The notes beneath the pieces are model-generated. The model ran no database searches, was not told where the DNA came from, and saw nothing but the letters and a program-made list of their open reading frames with translations. Source: Halodesulfurarchaeum sp. (GTDB taxonomy: Archaea; Halobacteriota; Halobacteria; Halobacteriales; Halobacteriaceae). From it: a DNA stretch of 64,000 bases. The stretch's first letter is position 1. Every line of letters begins with the position of its first letter. Positions 11,523 through 20,666 of the stretch are shown one piece after another. The stretch lies in contig JAXHNL010000002.1 of NCBI GenBank assembly GCA_034520565.1, positions 608,001 through 672,000 of the forward strand, given 5' to 3'. The translations under genes and the position numbers were made by a program.

Positions 11523-12149
11523 ATGCCCTCCGGTATTCGGGCGGAACTCGCGTTCGAAGACCCCGACGCGTGCCGCATCGCCGGTTTCCTGGACGGGGAC
11601 GCCGACGCGGCGTCGGTTTCCTGGTCTGTCGCCCCGGAGACCGGACAAATCACGGAGGAGTTCGCCGTCGAGGGCGATCACGACGTCGAGGGGGCCTCGG
11701 AGGTCTTCTCCTACGGCAACCGCTCGATTTACCGGTTCCAGCGCGGCCACAACGGTTGCTGTCCCTGCGAAACGGTCCAGGATTTCGACGTTCCGGTTCG
11801 GGACATCCACACGGTCGACGGTTCGCTTCACCTCGCGATCCACGTCGAGGACATGGACGAGCTCCGTCGGATCGTCGCCGGCGTCAGGTTGGAATTCCCC
11901 GAAGTGCGCATCGTCCGGCTGGTCCACGCCCGTGAAGCGGGGGAGGACGACCTCGTGCTGGTCGACCGCGGCGAACTGACGGCACGACAGCGCGAGGTGC
12001 TCGAAACCGCACACGAACTGGGCTATTTCGACCACCCGAAAGGTGCGAACGCCGGCCAGGTCGCCGAGGAACTCGGGATCACCACCTCGACCTTCACCGA
12101 GCACCTCGCCGCCGCCCAGTCGAAGCTTTTGACCGCGATTCTCTCCTGA
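11523..12149 (+). CDS. Bat/DmsR-like HTH_10 transcriptional activator (paralog 2)
   Basis: Same C-terminal HTH_10 motif; N-terminal 'GIRAEL..C', 'CCPC'. Confidence 0.88.
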   Translation: MPSGIRAELAFEDPDACRIAGFLDGDADAASVSWSVAPETGQITEEFAVEGDHDVEGASEVFSYGNRSIYRFQRGHNGCCPCETVQDFDVPVRDIHTVDGSLHLAIHVEDMDELRRIVAGVRLEFPEVRIVRLVHAREAGEDDLVLVDRGELTARQREVLETAHELGYFDHPKGANAGQVAEELGITTSTFTEHLAAAQSKLLTAILS

Positions 12150-13583
12150 TTACGCGTCGTCCAACTGCGAGCCGAGTATCGCATCGATGGCGTCGATGAA
12201 CGACGGCTCGGTCCCCTCCGGGATCGTCGCCCCCGCCGCCATCGCGTGGCCCCCGCCCTCGCCGCCGACGGTAGCCGCAGCCTCCCGCATGGCCACCGAG
12301 AGGTCGATTCCCCGGCCGGAAAGCCGGCTTGGCGCCCGAGCGGAGACCTTGACCGCTTCGGACCCGTCCTTCTTCGCGAAGCCGACGATCGGGCGGTGAC
12401 GATCGATTCCGTCCGAACCCAGTACCATCCCGGCGACGATCCCGACGATGGTGGCCCGGATCTCCCGGCCCGCGTGGAACCACTGGACGTGGGCTTCCCG
12501 GTTGACGCCGGTTTCCTCGACGAATGCGATGCCGGCCGAGAGGTTCTTCCGGTGCTCGTGGAGCAACTGGAGTGCCGCATCGAGCGCCTCGTTCCGATCA
12601 CCCCGGCAGACCGCCAGCCCGACCTCGCTCCGGTCGTACCGGGCCGTCGCGTTGAGGACCGTCGCGAACTCGCTCGCGTCCCGCAGATGGGTGCCCGGCT
12701 CCTCGCGGGCCAACACGTATCTGGTGCCGACGAGCGCTTCGATTCGATCTGCGGGGACCCCGCGATCGATCGCCCGGGCGATGAGCCCGCTCGCGATCTG
12801 TTGGCGGGTCTCGCTGTCGAGTTCCGCCCAGGTCGGCCAGCGGTCACCGTCCCGGACAGGAACGGGGAGGGACTGCAGAAAATCGATCGCACCCCGCCGA
12901 CTGCCGGTGATGCCGGGGATACGAACGTCACCAGTGTACTCGAGCAGCTTCGGGAGGGGCCGGGTCTGGGTGCCGTAGACTGCGAGGTCGGTCCCGATCT
13001 CGATCGCCCCGGCGGCCGCACCCTCTTCGGCGATGTCCCGGTTCGCGCCAACGAGTTCCCCGTCCACTGTCTGTCGGTCTCCGACGGCCCCGACGACGGC
13101 CAGGGCAGCGAGGTCGCGCGGATCGCTTTCGGGGTCGACCCGCTCGCCGATCGCTCGGGCGAGGACGTAGGCCGTTCCCGCGCCCGCCAGTTCGCGCCCG
13201 CCGTCCAGCCCGACGTCGACGGGATTGAGGTGATGCTCGATCGTCGCGTCGACCGGCTGGTGGTGATCGACGACGACCGGGGTGAACCGGCCCTTTTCGG
13301 CGTGGTGAGCGAGCCGGTCGAGGCCACCGCTGCCCAGGTCGGTGAAAAGAACGACGTCAGTGTTTCCGTCGGCCAGTTCGTCGATGGCCGTCTCGTCCAG
13401 CCCGTGTTTGATCTCGGTGGTCACCGGGAGGTCCGCCCACTCGAGCGCGGTCGCGGCGATTGCCGCACTGGTGAGCCCGTCGGCGTCGTCGTGGGAGACG
13501 AGGTGGACCGAATCCGCCCCGAGTAGCACGGCGGCCGCTCGGTCGGCGCGTTCGTGGAGTGCGGGGACGGGTGGATCCATCAC
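12150..13583 (-). CDS. DHH/DHHA1 phosphoesterase (RecJ-like nuclease)
   Basis: SHDDADG, FTDLGSG, VDHH, GGGHAMAAG motifs. Confidence 0.9.
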   Translation of the reverse strand: MMDPPVPALHERADRAAAVLLGADSVHLVSHDDADGLTSAAIAATALEWADLPVTTEIKHGLDETAIDELADGNTDVVLFTDLGSGGLDRLAHHAEKGRFTPVVVDHHQPVDATIEHHLNPVDVGLDGGRELAGAGTAYVLARAIGERVDPESDPRDLAALAVVGAVGDRQTVDGELVGANRDIAEEGAAAGAIEIGTDLAVYGTQTRPLPKLLEYTGDVRIPGITGSRRGAIDFLQSLPVPVRDGDRWPTWAELDSETRQQIASGLIARAIDRGVPADRIEALVGTRYVLAREEPGTHLRDASEFATVLNATARYDRSEVGLAVCRGDRNEALDAALQLLHEHRKNLSAGIAFVEETGVNREAHVQWFHAGREIRATIVGIVAGMVLGSDGIDRHRPIVGFAKKDGSEAVKVSARAPSRLSGRGIDLSVAMREAAATVGGEGGGHAMAAGATIPEGTEPSFIDAIDAILGSQLDDA

Positions 13584-13622
13584 GAATTACTGGGCCGCCT
13601 TCCGGGATAAACGTGTGCCCGA

Positions 13623-14363
13623 TCAGGCCTGGTCGAGTTCCCCGATCGCCGCCCTGGCGAGTGCCTCGAAGTCCGCAGTCCCGGGGACGATATCGACGGT
13701 GAGTCCAGCCGCGGCGGCCGTTTCGGCGGTGGGCGATCCGATCGCGCCGATGACGGCTCCGAGGAGTCCATCTCGCACTTCGCTCTCGATGTCCCGGTCC
13801 CTGGCGACCGTCAGGAAGTGCTCGACCGTCAGCGAGGAGGTGAAAAGCGCCGCGTCGAGGTCGCCCGCTGCGGCGAGGTCGACTGACTCGCCAGCCCCTT
13901 CCGGAATCACCAGCTCGTAGAGCACCGTCTCGTGCACGTACGCGCCCGCTGCCGCGAGCCCGTCGAGGAGGATCTGGCTCCCGTGATCGCTCCGGGCGAC
14001 CTCCACTCGCTTCCCTTCGACCCGTTCTTCGAGGGCCGCGACGAGCCCGGCGGAGGTGTACTCCTCGGGCACGAGGTCCACCTCGAATCCGGCGGCCTCG
14101 GCGGCCCCGGCTGTCGACGGCCCGATCGCTACCAGCTCGCTCGCCCCCGGCTCCCAGCCCGCGTCCGCGGCAAGCTCGACGCCGGTCTTGCTCGTGAGGA
14201 TCGTGTAGTCTCCGTCGGTTCGAGGGGTCGCGCCGGTTGGCTCGATCGCGAGCATCGGATCCGGAACCGGCTTTGCACCCAGTTCCTCGAGCAGTTCGAC
14301 CGCCTCGTCGATTCGCTCGTCGTCCGGCCGGAAGACCGCGACTCGTGGCCGCTTCCCGGTCAT
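13623..14363 (-). CDS. hemD: Uroporphyrinogen-III synthase
   Basis: LTSKTGV, AIGPST, FTSSLTV motifs; coupled to hemC. Confidence 0.9.
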   Translation of the reverse strand: MTGKRPRVAVFRPDDERIDEAVELLEELGAKPVPDPMLAIEPTGATPRTDGDYTILTSKTGVELAADAGWEPGASELVAIGPSTAGAAEAAGFEVDLVPEEYTSAGLVAALEERVEGKRVEVARSDHGSQILLDGLAAAGAYVHETVLYELVIPEGAGESVDLAAAGDLDAALFTSSLTVEHFLTVARDRDIESEVRDGLLGAVIGAIGSPTAETAAAAGLTVDIVPGTADFEALARAAIGELDQA

Positions 14364-15433
14364 TCCCGTTTCGCCTCCGCGATGAGTTCGGCCGCACCGC
14401 GGTCCGCGAGGTCACGAGCGAATTCGCGGGCCTCGGTGGCGTACCCTTCCACGTCGAGGGCGCGGGTTTCCCTGAGTTCTTCGCTCCCGTCCCGGCTCAG
14501 TACCTGGACGGTCGTCCGGACCACGTCGCCCTGAACGGTCGCGTGGATACCCAGCGGAGCGACACAGCCCGCCCCGAGTTCCGCGAGCACCACCCGTTCC
14601 ACCGTCGTGGCGACCCGGGTCGGGGCGTGATCGAGTGCCGCGTGGATCGCTTCGGCGACGTCGGTCTCCTCGTGGGCGGCGACTGCAAGGGCGCCCTGCC
14701 CGGCTGCGGGGACGTGTGACTCGACGGGGAGATCCACGTGGGGGACCGAATCGAGCAGCCCGCTCCGGACGAGGCCAGCCTTCGCGAGCACGATCGCGTC
14801 GTACTCCGTCTCGACTTCCCGCCCCAGTGCGTCCCGCTCGATCTCGGCCAGCGAGTCGAACCACTCCTCGGGCGTTCGGTCGTCAGGCGCCTCGACGTCG
14901 GACTCGTCGTCTGCGGCCGCGAGTCGGTTCTCGTGCTCGGCCTGGAGCGTCGGTGCGAGCACCTTCTCCACCCTGGTGTCGACGTTCCCCCGCAGCGGCT
15001 CAATTTCGAGGTCCGGCCGTTGGGCCTGCACCTGGGCACCGCGGCGGAGACTCGACGTGCCGACGACTGCCCCCTCGGGAAGTTCCTCCAGGGCGTCGCC
15101 GTCCGGGCTGACGAGCACGTCACCGACGGGACCACGGGACGGGACCGCGGCGATCACGATCTCCTCGGGTTCCTCCGTCGGGACGTCTTTCATCGAGTGG
15201 ACCGCCCCGTCAACGGTCTCGTCCATCACGAGCCGGTCGAGTTCTCGGACGAAGGCTCCGGTCTTCCCGAGGTCCTGGATGAGGGCGTCCTCGATGCGGT
15301 CCCCCTGGGTCTCGACCTCCCGGAGGTCGGCGTCGATGCGGTGGTCCGCGAGTCGGGACTGCACTTGGGCGGCCTGCCGGAGGGCCAGGTCCGAGCCCCG
15401 GGTCGCGAGTTCGATCGTCCCCGTCACGCTCAT
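14360..15433 (-). CDS. hemC: Hydroxymethylbilane synthase (porphobilinogen deaminase)
   Basis: ATRGSDLAL.Q, AVHSMKDVP, GTSSLRR, LRGNVDTR, LGAGC cofactor Cys. Confidence 0.95.
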   Translation of the reverse strand: MSVTGTIELATRGSDLALRQAAQVQSRLADHRIDADLREVETQGDRIEDALIQDLGKTGAFVRELDRLVMDETVDGAVHSMKDVPTEEPEEIVIAAVPSRGPVGDVLVSPDGDALEELPEGAVVGTSSLRRGAQVQAQRPDLEIEPLRGNVDTRVEKVLAPTLQAEHENRLAAADDESDVEAPDDRTPEEWFDSLAEIERDALGREVETEYDAIVLAKAGLVRSGLLDSVPHVDLPVESHVPAAGQGALAVAAHEETDVAEAIHAALDHAPTRVATTVERVVLAELGAGCVAPLGIHATVQGDVVRTTVQVLSRDGSEELRETRALDVEGYATEAREFARDLADRGAAELIAEAKRE

Positions 15434-15491
15434 ACCCCCTCTCGCCGCCGAGTGTGGGAAAACCCCTCGGCTCGGGATGGTCCGCCATCCA

Positions 15492-16827
15492 TCACAGCAC
15501 CGCCTTGTAGGCCTCGAGGGTCTCCTCGATCTCCACCTCGGTGTGTGCGGCCGTGAGGAACTGGGACTCGAACTGGTTCGGGGTGAGCAACACGCCTTCA
15601 TCGCGCATCTGGTGGTAGAAGACTCGCTCCCAGCGGTCGGTCGCAGCGGCCTCGACGTCGCCCGCGTTCTTCGGGCAGGCGCCGTCCTTCGCACAGTCCG
15701 TGTCGTGTCGACAGCCGGTCGTACAGCCCTCGTCCTGGGCCGGGCCCGTGCGGGTAAAAATGACTTTGAACATGCTGTCGATCCCGGTCACCGTGTAGCC
15801 CGGGGCTCGATCGGCGACGATGTCGACCAACCCCGACCGGAGCTGGTCGCCGAGATCGGCGAGGTGCTCGTAGACGTTCTCCCGTGCGGCATAGCGGAGC
15901 GTCTCCAGCCCGGCGGTCATCGTCACCGGGTGCCCGGAGAAGGTGCCGGCCTCGAAGACGTCCCCGGCCGGGGTCAGCGACTCCATGATCTCGGCCCGGC
16001 CGCCGACCGCCCCGACCGGGAACCCGCCACCGATCACCTTCGCGAGCGTCGTGAGATCGGGCTCGATGCCGAAGCGGCTCTGGGCACAGCCCAGTCCGCC
16101 GACCCGGAAGCCGGTCATGACCTCGTCGAAGATCAGGAGCGCCCCGTGGTCGCGGGTCAGCTCGCGGAGGGTCTCGTGATAACCCGGCTGCGGCATGACG
16201 ATGCCCCGGTTGCCGAGGATCGGCTCGGTGAGGACGGCGGCGATCTCCTCGCCACGATCCGCGAAGACCTGCTCGACGCGCTCGGCGTCGTTGAAGGGAA
16301 CCGGAATCGTGTGGCTGGCGAATTCGGCCGGCACGCCCGGACTGGACGGCGCCGACCGGCCGCGCTCGGTCTCGACGAGTGTCGCTCTCCTGGGCGCCGT
16401 GGTAGCCACCCTGCATGACGACGATCTTCTCGCGGTCGGTGTAACCGCGAGCGAGCCGCACGGCTGCCGTCGTGGCCTCGGTCCCGGAGTTCACGAAGCG
16501 GGTCATCTCGATGCTGGGGACGTGGCGGGCGATGAACTCCGCGAGTTCGATCTCGACTTCGGTCGGGGCGCCGTACATCGGCCCGTCGCTTACCTGTGAC
16601 TGGATCGCCGCGATCACGCGGTCGGGCAGGTCATGGCCCAGGAGGACCGGGCCGTACCCGGCGACGTAGTCGATGTAGCGGTTCCCGTCGGCGTCGATGA
16701 CGTGGGCCCCGTCCCCCCGCTCGACGAACGCGGGATAGGGATAACTCGCCCGGACGGGGGAGTTCACCCCGCCGGGAAGCACGGAGAGAGCCCGATCGTA
16801 CAGGTCGCGGGAGGCGTCGTGTCGCAT
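15492..16827 (-). CDS. hemL: Glutamate-1-semialdehyde 2,1-aminomutase; apparent single-base insertion near 16383
   Basis: [35 protein letters not shown]; halves join at GGYHGAQE|STLVE. Confidence 0.92.
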
Positions 16828-16906
16828 GGCTCGTGGTTCGACAGGCGGGGCCATGAAGGTAGTGCTGTCGGCCGGGAGCCTGTCTGGGGGACCCGGTCAG
16901 TCGGGG

Positions 16907-18199
16907 TCAGGCCCCGGTTCCGCCCGGTGCGCCGGGAGACTCGATGACGGTCCGGTACAGCAGCCAGCCGATCGGGAGCAGGACCAGTCCGCCAGCCACG
17001 AAGGGTGCCCAGAAGGCCACGCCGGTGTAAAGCGCCCCGGCCACGACCGGCCCGATCGCCCGGGCGATGCTTCCGGCCGACTGCGTGAGGCCGAACGCGC
17101 TGCCCTGGTCGCGCTCGGCGGCCGAGCGGGAGACGAGGGTCGTCAACGAGACGTTCGCGAAGCCGTTGCCGACCGCGAGCACGGAGAGCACGACGAGGAG
17201 CGCGAGCAGTTCGGGAGCGATCGGGCCGATTCCGGAGAGGAACCGACCCAACTGCGGGGCGAAGGGAACGGCGACGAGGGCGACGAACTCGACTGTCACC
17301 CCACCCATCGCGAGTGTCTTTTCGTCCCAGATGGCCGCGGCCCGACCGACGAGTCCGCCCTGCACGACGGCGATGATCACTCCAAGGTAGGCCAGGATGT
17401 AGCCGTTCATCGCCGTCCCGTAGCCGTAGATGTCCTTCGTGAACAGGACGAACATGCTCTCCATTCCCGAGAAGGCAAGCGACGCCAGGAAGAAGCTGAT
17501 CACGAGTATGGCGAGGACGGGCCTGGCGAGCGCGCGTGTGAGTTCGGCGATCCGGCCCTCCCGATCGCGGGTTTCGGCCTGCCGATTCGTCTCCGGCAGC
17601 AGGAAGAATGCGGCGACGAGGTTCACGAACGTGATGAGGGCGGCGGTAAAGGAGGGGATCGTGAACTGCGAGACCGGCACCGCGGCCGGGAGGATCGATT
17701 CGGCGATAGCCAGTGCGGCCGGACTGGAAACGAGCCCCCCGATCGCCGGTCCGAAGACGAAACCGAGGCCGAACGCTGCCCCGATCAATCCCAGCCCCTT
17801 CGCCCGGTTTGCTTCGGTGGTCACGTCGGCGATGTACGCCTGTGCGGCCGCGATGTTCCCGCCCATGGCACCGGCGAGAAACCGGGCGAGAAAGAGCACC
17901 CAGAGCGCCTGGGCGAGCCCGAACAGCGTCCAGGCGATCACGCTGCCCGCAAGCGAGAGGAGCAACACTGGCCGCCGGCCACGCTCGTCGGAGAGCCGGC
18001 CCAGGATCGGGGCGAACACGAACTGTGTGATGGAATAGGACGCGAGGAGGACCCCGACGACGAACTCGGAGGCCCCGAACGCCGCCGCGTAGAGCGGAAT
18101 GATCGGGATGAGGATGCCGAAGCCGACGAGATCGACGAAAACCACCAGCAGGACGATCACGAGTGGGCGCCTGCCGGAACCATCACTCTCCTCGCTCAT
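16907..18199 (-). CDS. MFS transporter (TetA/DHA1-like)
   Basis: Motif A GRLSDERGRRP; about 12 hydrophobic segments. Confidence 0.9.
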   Translation of the reverse strand: MSEESDGSGRRPLVIVLLVVFVDLVGFGILIPIIPLYAAAFGASEFVVGVLLASYSITQFVFAPILGRLSDERGRRPVLLLSLAGSVIAWTLFGLAQALWVLFLARFLAGAMGGNIAAAQAYIADVTTEANRAKGLGLIGAAFGLGFVFGPAIGGLVSSPAALAIAESILPAAVPVSQFTIPSFTAALITFVNLVAAFFLLPETNRQAETRDREGRIAELTRALARPVLAILVISFFLASLAFSGMESMFVLFTKDIYGYGTAMNGYILAYLGVIIAVVQGGLVGRAAAIWDEKTLAMGGVTVEFVALVAVPFAPQLGRFLSGIGPIAPELLALLVVLSVLAVGNGFANVSLTTLVSRSAAERDQGSAFGLTQSAGSIARAIGPVVAGALYTGVAFWAPFVAGGLVLLPIGWLLYRTVIESPGAPGGTGA

Positions 18200-18350
18200 G
18201 GATGGCCTCCCTCGAGCACTCCATGCAGTCCCATTCACCCCAACGTATCCGTGATTACGGCAAGACGTTTCGGTTCCCGGAACGGCAGATGGGTGCCGCT
18301 GCGCTCACACCGGCTGCTGCTTGCTAAGCGGCGGGTTCGACGACGGGGAA

Positions 18351-19331
18351 TTACAGCCGCTCGGCCACGTCCTCGGCGAAGTACGTGAGGATCAGATCGG
18401 CTCCGGCCCGCTTGATCGATACGAGCGATTCCGTCGCGGTCGCCTCGAGGTCGAGCCAGCCCCGGTCTGCGGCCGCGTGGAGCATGGCGTACTCCCCACT
18501 GACGTTGTAGGCCGCGACCGGGTAGTCGAAGGCCGCATCGATCCGCCGGACGACGTCCAGATAGGGCAATGCTGGTTTGACCATCAGCACGTCGGCCCCC
18601 TGTTCGACGTCCAGAGCGACTTCCCGCAGTGCCTCCTCGCCGTTGCCCGGGTCCATCTGGTAGTGCCGCCGGTCACCGAAGCTCGGGGCGCCATCCGCGG
18701 CGTCCCTGAAGGGGCCATAGAAGGACGACTCGTACTTGGCCGCGTAGCTCATGATCGGCGTGTGCTCAAATCCGGCCTCGTCGAGGGCGTCCCTGATCGT
18801 GCCGACCATCCCGTCCATCATGCCACTCGGGGCGACCATGTCCGCGCCGGCTTCGGCGTGTGAGACGGCCGTCCGGGCGATCCGGTCCAGGGTCGGGTCG
18901 TTGTCGACGGTGAGGGACACGTCGTCTGGCGCTCCCGGCTCGAGGACGCCGCAGTGACCGTGGTCGGTGTACTCGCAGAGACAGACGTCCGTGATGAGGT
19001 ACGCGTCGGTCGCGTCGCTCACGCGTCGGGTCGCCTCCTGGATGACGCCGTGCTCGGCCCAGGCCCGGGATCCCTCGGGGTCCTTCGACTCGGGCACGCC
19101 GAAGAGGATGATCGCCTCGACGCCGGTCGCGAGAACCTCCTCGACGCGGTCGACGATCTCGTCGAGCGGAACCCGCTCGTGACCGGGCATGGAGGGGATC
19201 TCCACACGCTCGTCGGTCGTGGCGTCGACGAAGACGGGGGCGATGAGGTCGCTTGCGGCGAGGTCGGTCTCCCGAACGAGAGCGCGGATCCCGTCCTGCC
19301 GGAGTCGTCGTGGGCGTCGCGAGTGGTCCAT
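18351..19331 (-). CDS. hemB: Porphobilinogen synthase (ALA dehydratase)
   Basis: [14 protein letters not shown] Zn site, [31 protein letters not shown]. Confidence 0.96.
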   Translation of the reverse strand: MDHSRRPRRLRQDGIRALVRETDLAASDLIAPVFVDATTDERVEIPSMPGHERVPLDEIVDRVEEVLATGVEAIILFGVPESKDPEGSRAWAEHGVIQEATRRVSDATDAYLITDVCLCEYTDHGHCGVLEPGAPDDVSLTVDNDPTLDRIARTAVSHAEAGADMVAPSGMMDGMVGTIRDALDEAGFEHTPIMSYAAKYESSFYGPFRDAADGAPSFGDRRHYQMDPGNGEEALREVALDVEQGADVLMVKPALPYLDVVRRIDAAFDYPVAAYNVSGEYAMLHAAADRGWLDLEATATESLVSIKRAGADLILTYFAEDVAERL

Positions 19332-19419
19332 ACGCCCACTGGGCCGCCGAGCAAGATAGTAGCCACGGATGGTTTCCCCGGGGCGAACGCCTATTGGCCA
19401 CCTCGACATAGAGCGGTGC

Positions 19420-20022
19420 ATGCCAGGCCCCCGTTTCAGTCGGGCTGCGCGAGTCGCCCTCCGAACCGTCGAAAAAGAAGACGCCCCGTTCCTCCAGGAA
19501 CACGCGAACGACCCGGCGATCAGACTCCCGGTGACGATCGACGGGCCGACGTCTCGCGAGGAACAGGAAAAGTACATCGAGGAAGACGACGACGGCGCGG
19601 CGTTCCTGGTCTCGGTGGCCGGCGAGGAAACCGGATACAACCCGAAGTACGTGACCGACGACGATCCACCGGTCGAACCGGTCGGGTTCTGTGCCCTGTT
19701 TCACGTCGACGAGTCGGCCGGCAGTGCGGACATCGTTTACTGGATCACGCCCCCGGCACAGGGACAGGGATACATGACCGAGGCCACATCGATGTTGCTC
19801 GATTACGCGTTCGGGCAGCGGCGGTTGCACCGGGTTGTGGCCCGCGCGCTCGAATCAAACCGGGCCTCGCAGGGACTGCTCGAGAAACTCGGCTTTACGC
19901 TGGAAGGGACCGAACGGGCGGCCAAGTTCGTCGAGGGCGAGTACCGGGACGTGGTTCGCTATTCGATGCTGGCCCCAGAATGGCGGGTGGGAGCTGACGG
20001 TGAAACTGTCCTCGACAGCTGA
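19420..20022 (+). CDS. RimJ/RimL-type GNAT N-acetyltransferase
   Basis: [26 protein letters not shown]. Confidence 0.88.
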   Translation: MPGPRFSRAARVALRTVEKEDAPFLQEHANDPAIRLPVTIDGPTSREEQEKYIEEDDDGAAFLVSVAGEETGYNPKYVTDDDPPVEPVGFCALFHVDESAGSADIVYWITPPAQGQGYMTEATSMLLDYAFGQRRLHRVVARALESNRASQGLLEKLGFTLEGTERAAKFVEGEYRDVVRYSMLAPEWRVGADGETVLDS

Positions 20023-20384
20023 CATGAAGCCTGTTAACAAATAACAAATCTGCCGAAATCTTGCGTGTGAACTGTCCACAACCGGCCACAAGGTTTTTTA
20101 CCCACCCCTTAGATAGCTGGAATGCGTCCCTACGGTGATCGACATGACCACGCGCTTCCCACCCTCCAAAACGAGTGCCCCCCTTCGTTGCACCAACCGG
20201 TGTGACAGTTCTGTCACCGGGTGGTCGACTGCGGGAGCGCGTGTGACGGGTATTTGCCCGTCACGTCCCTTCGGATTCTATCGGCGGACCTGATCCGGTT
20301 CGTCGGTCGATCCGTCGTTCTCGCTGACCCCACCCTTCTGGTGACCAGTATCGCCCCCTGAGTGAACTTCGGCTCTCCAATCCA

Positions 20385-20573
20385 ATGCGACGACACGACC
20401 GACCCCATCGACACGAATCACGCGCGAACGGCCCCCGACCCGCCCCGCCCTTGCGGTTCTCGCTGGCTATGGCCCTGGCGATCCCGCTCGTGGCCATGCT
20501 GTTGCTGTCGCCGGCCGGCCCCCCGCTGTTGGTGGGCCTGGCCGGCATCTCGCTCGCAGCGTTCGGGTTGTAA
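20385..20573 (+). CDS. Putative small membrane protein
   Basis: 62 aa with two hydrophobic segments. Confidence 0.5.
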   Translation: MRRHDRPHRHESRANGPRPAPPLRFSLAMALAIPLVAMLLLSPAGPPLLVGLAGISLAAFGL

Positions 20574-20666
20574 GTGCCGGTTCGTCGAATCCCTCCCAGA
20601 ATAGCGTCGATCGACTTCTGCAGTACCGACGACGAGCCGTACACCCCAAAAAACCGAATCGCTTGA

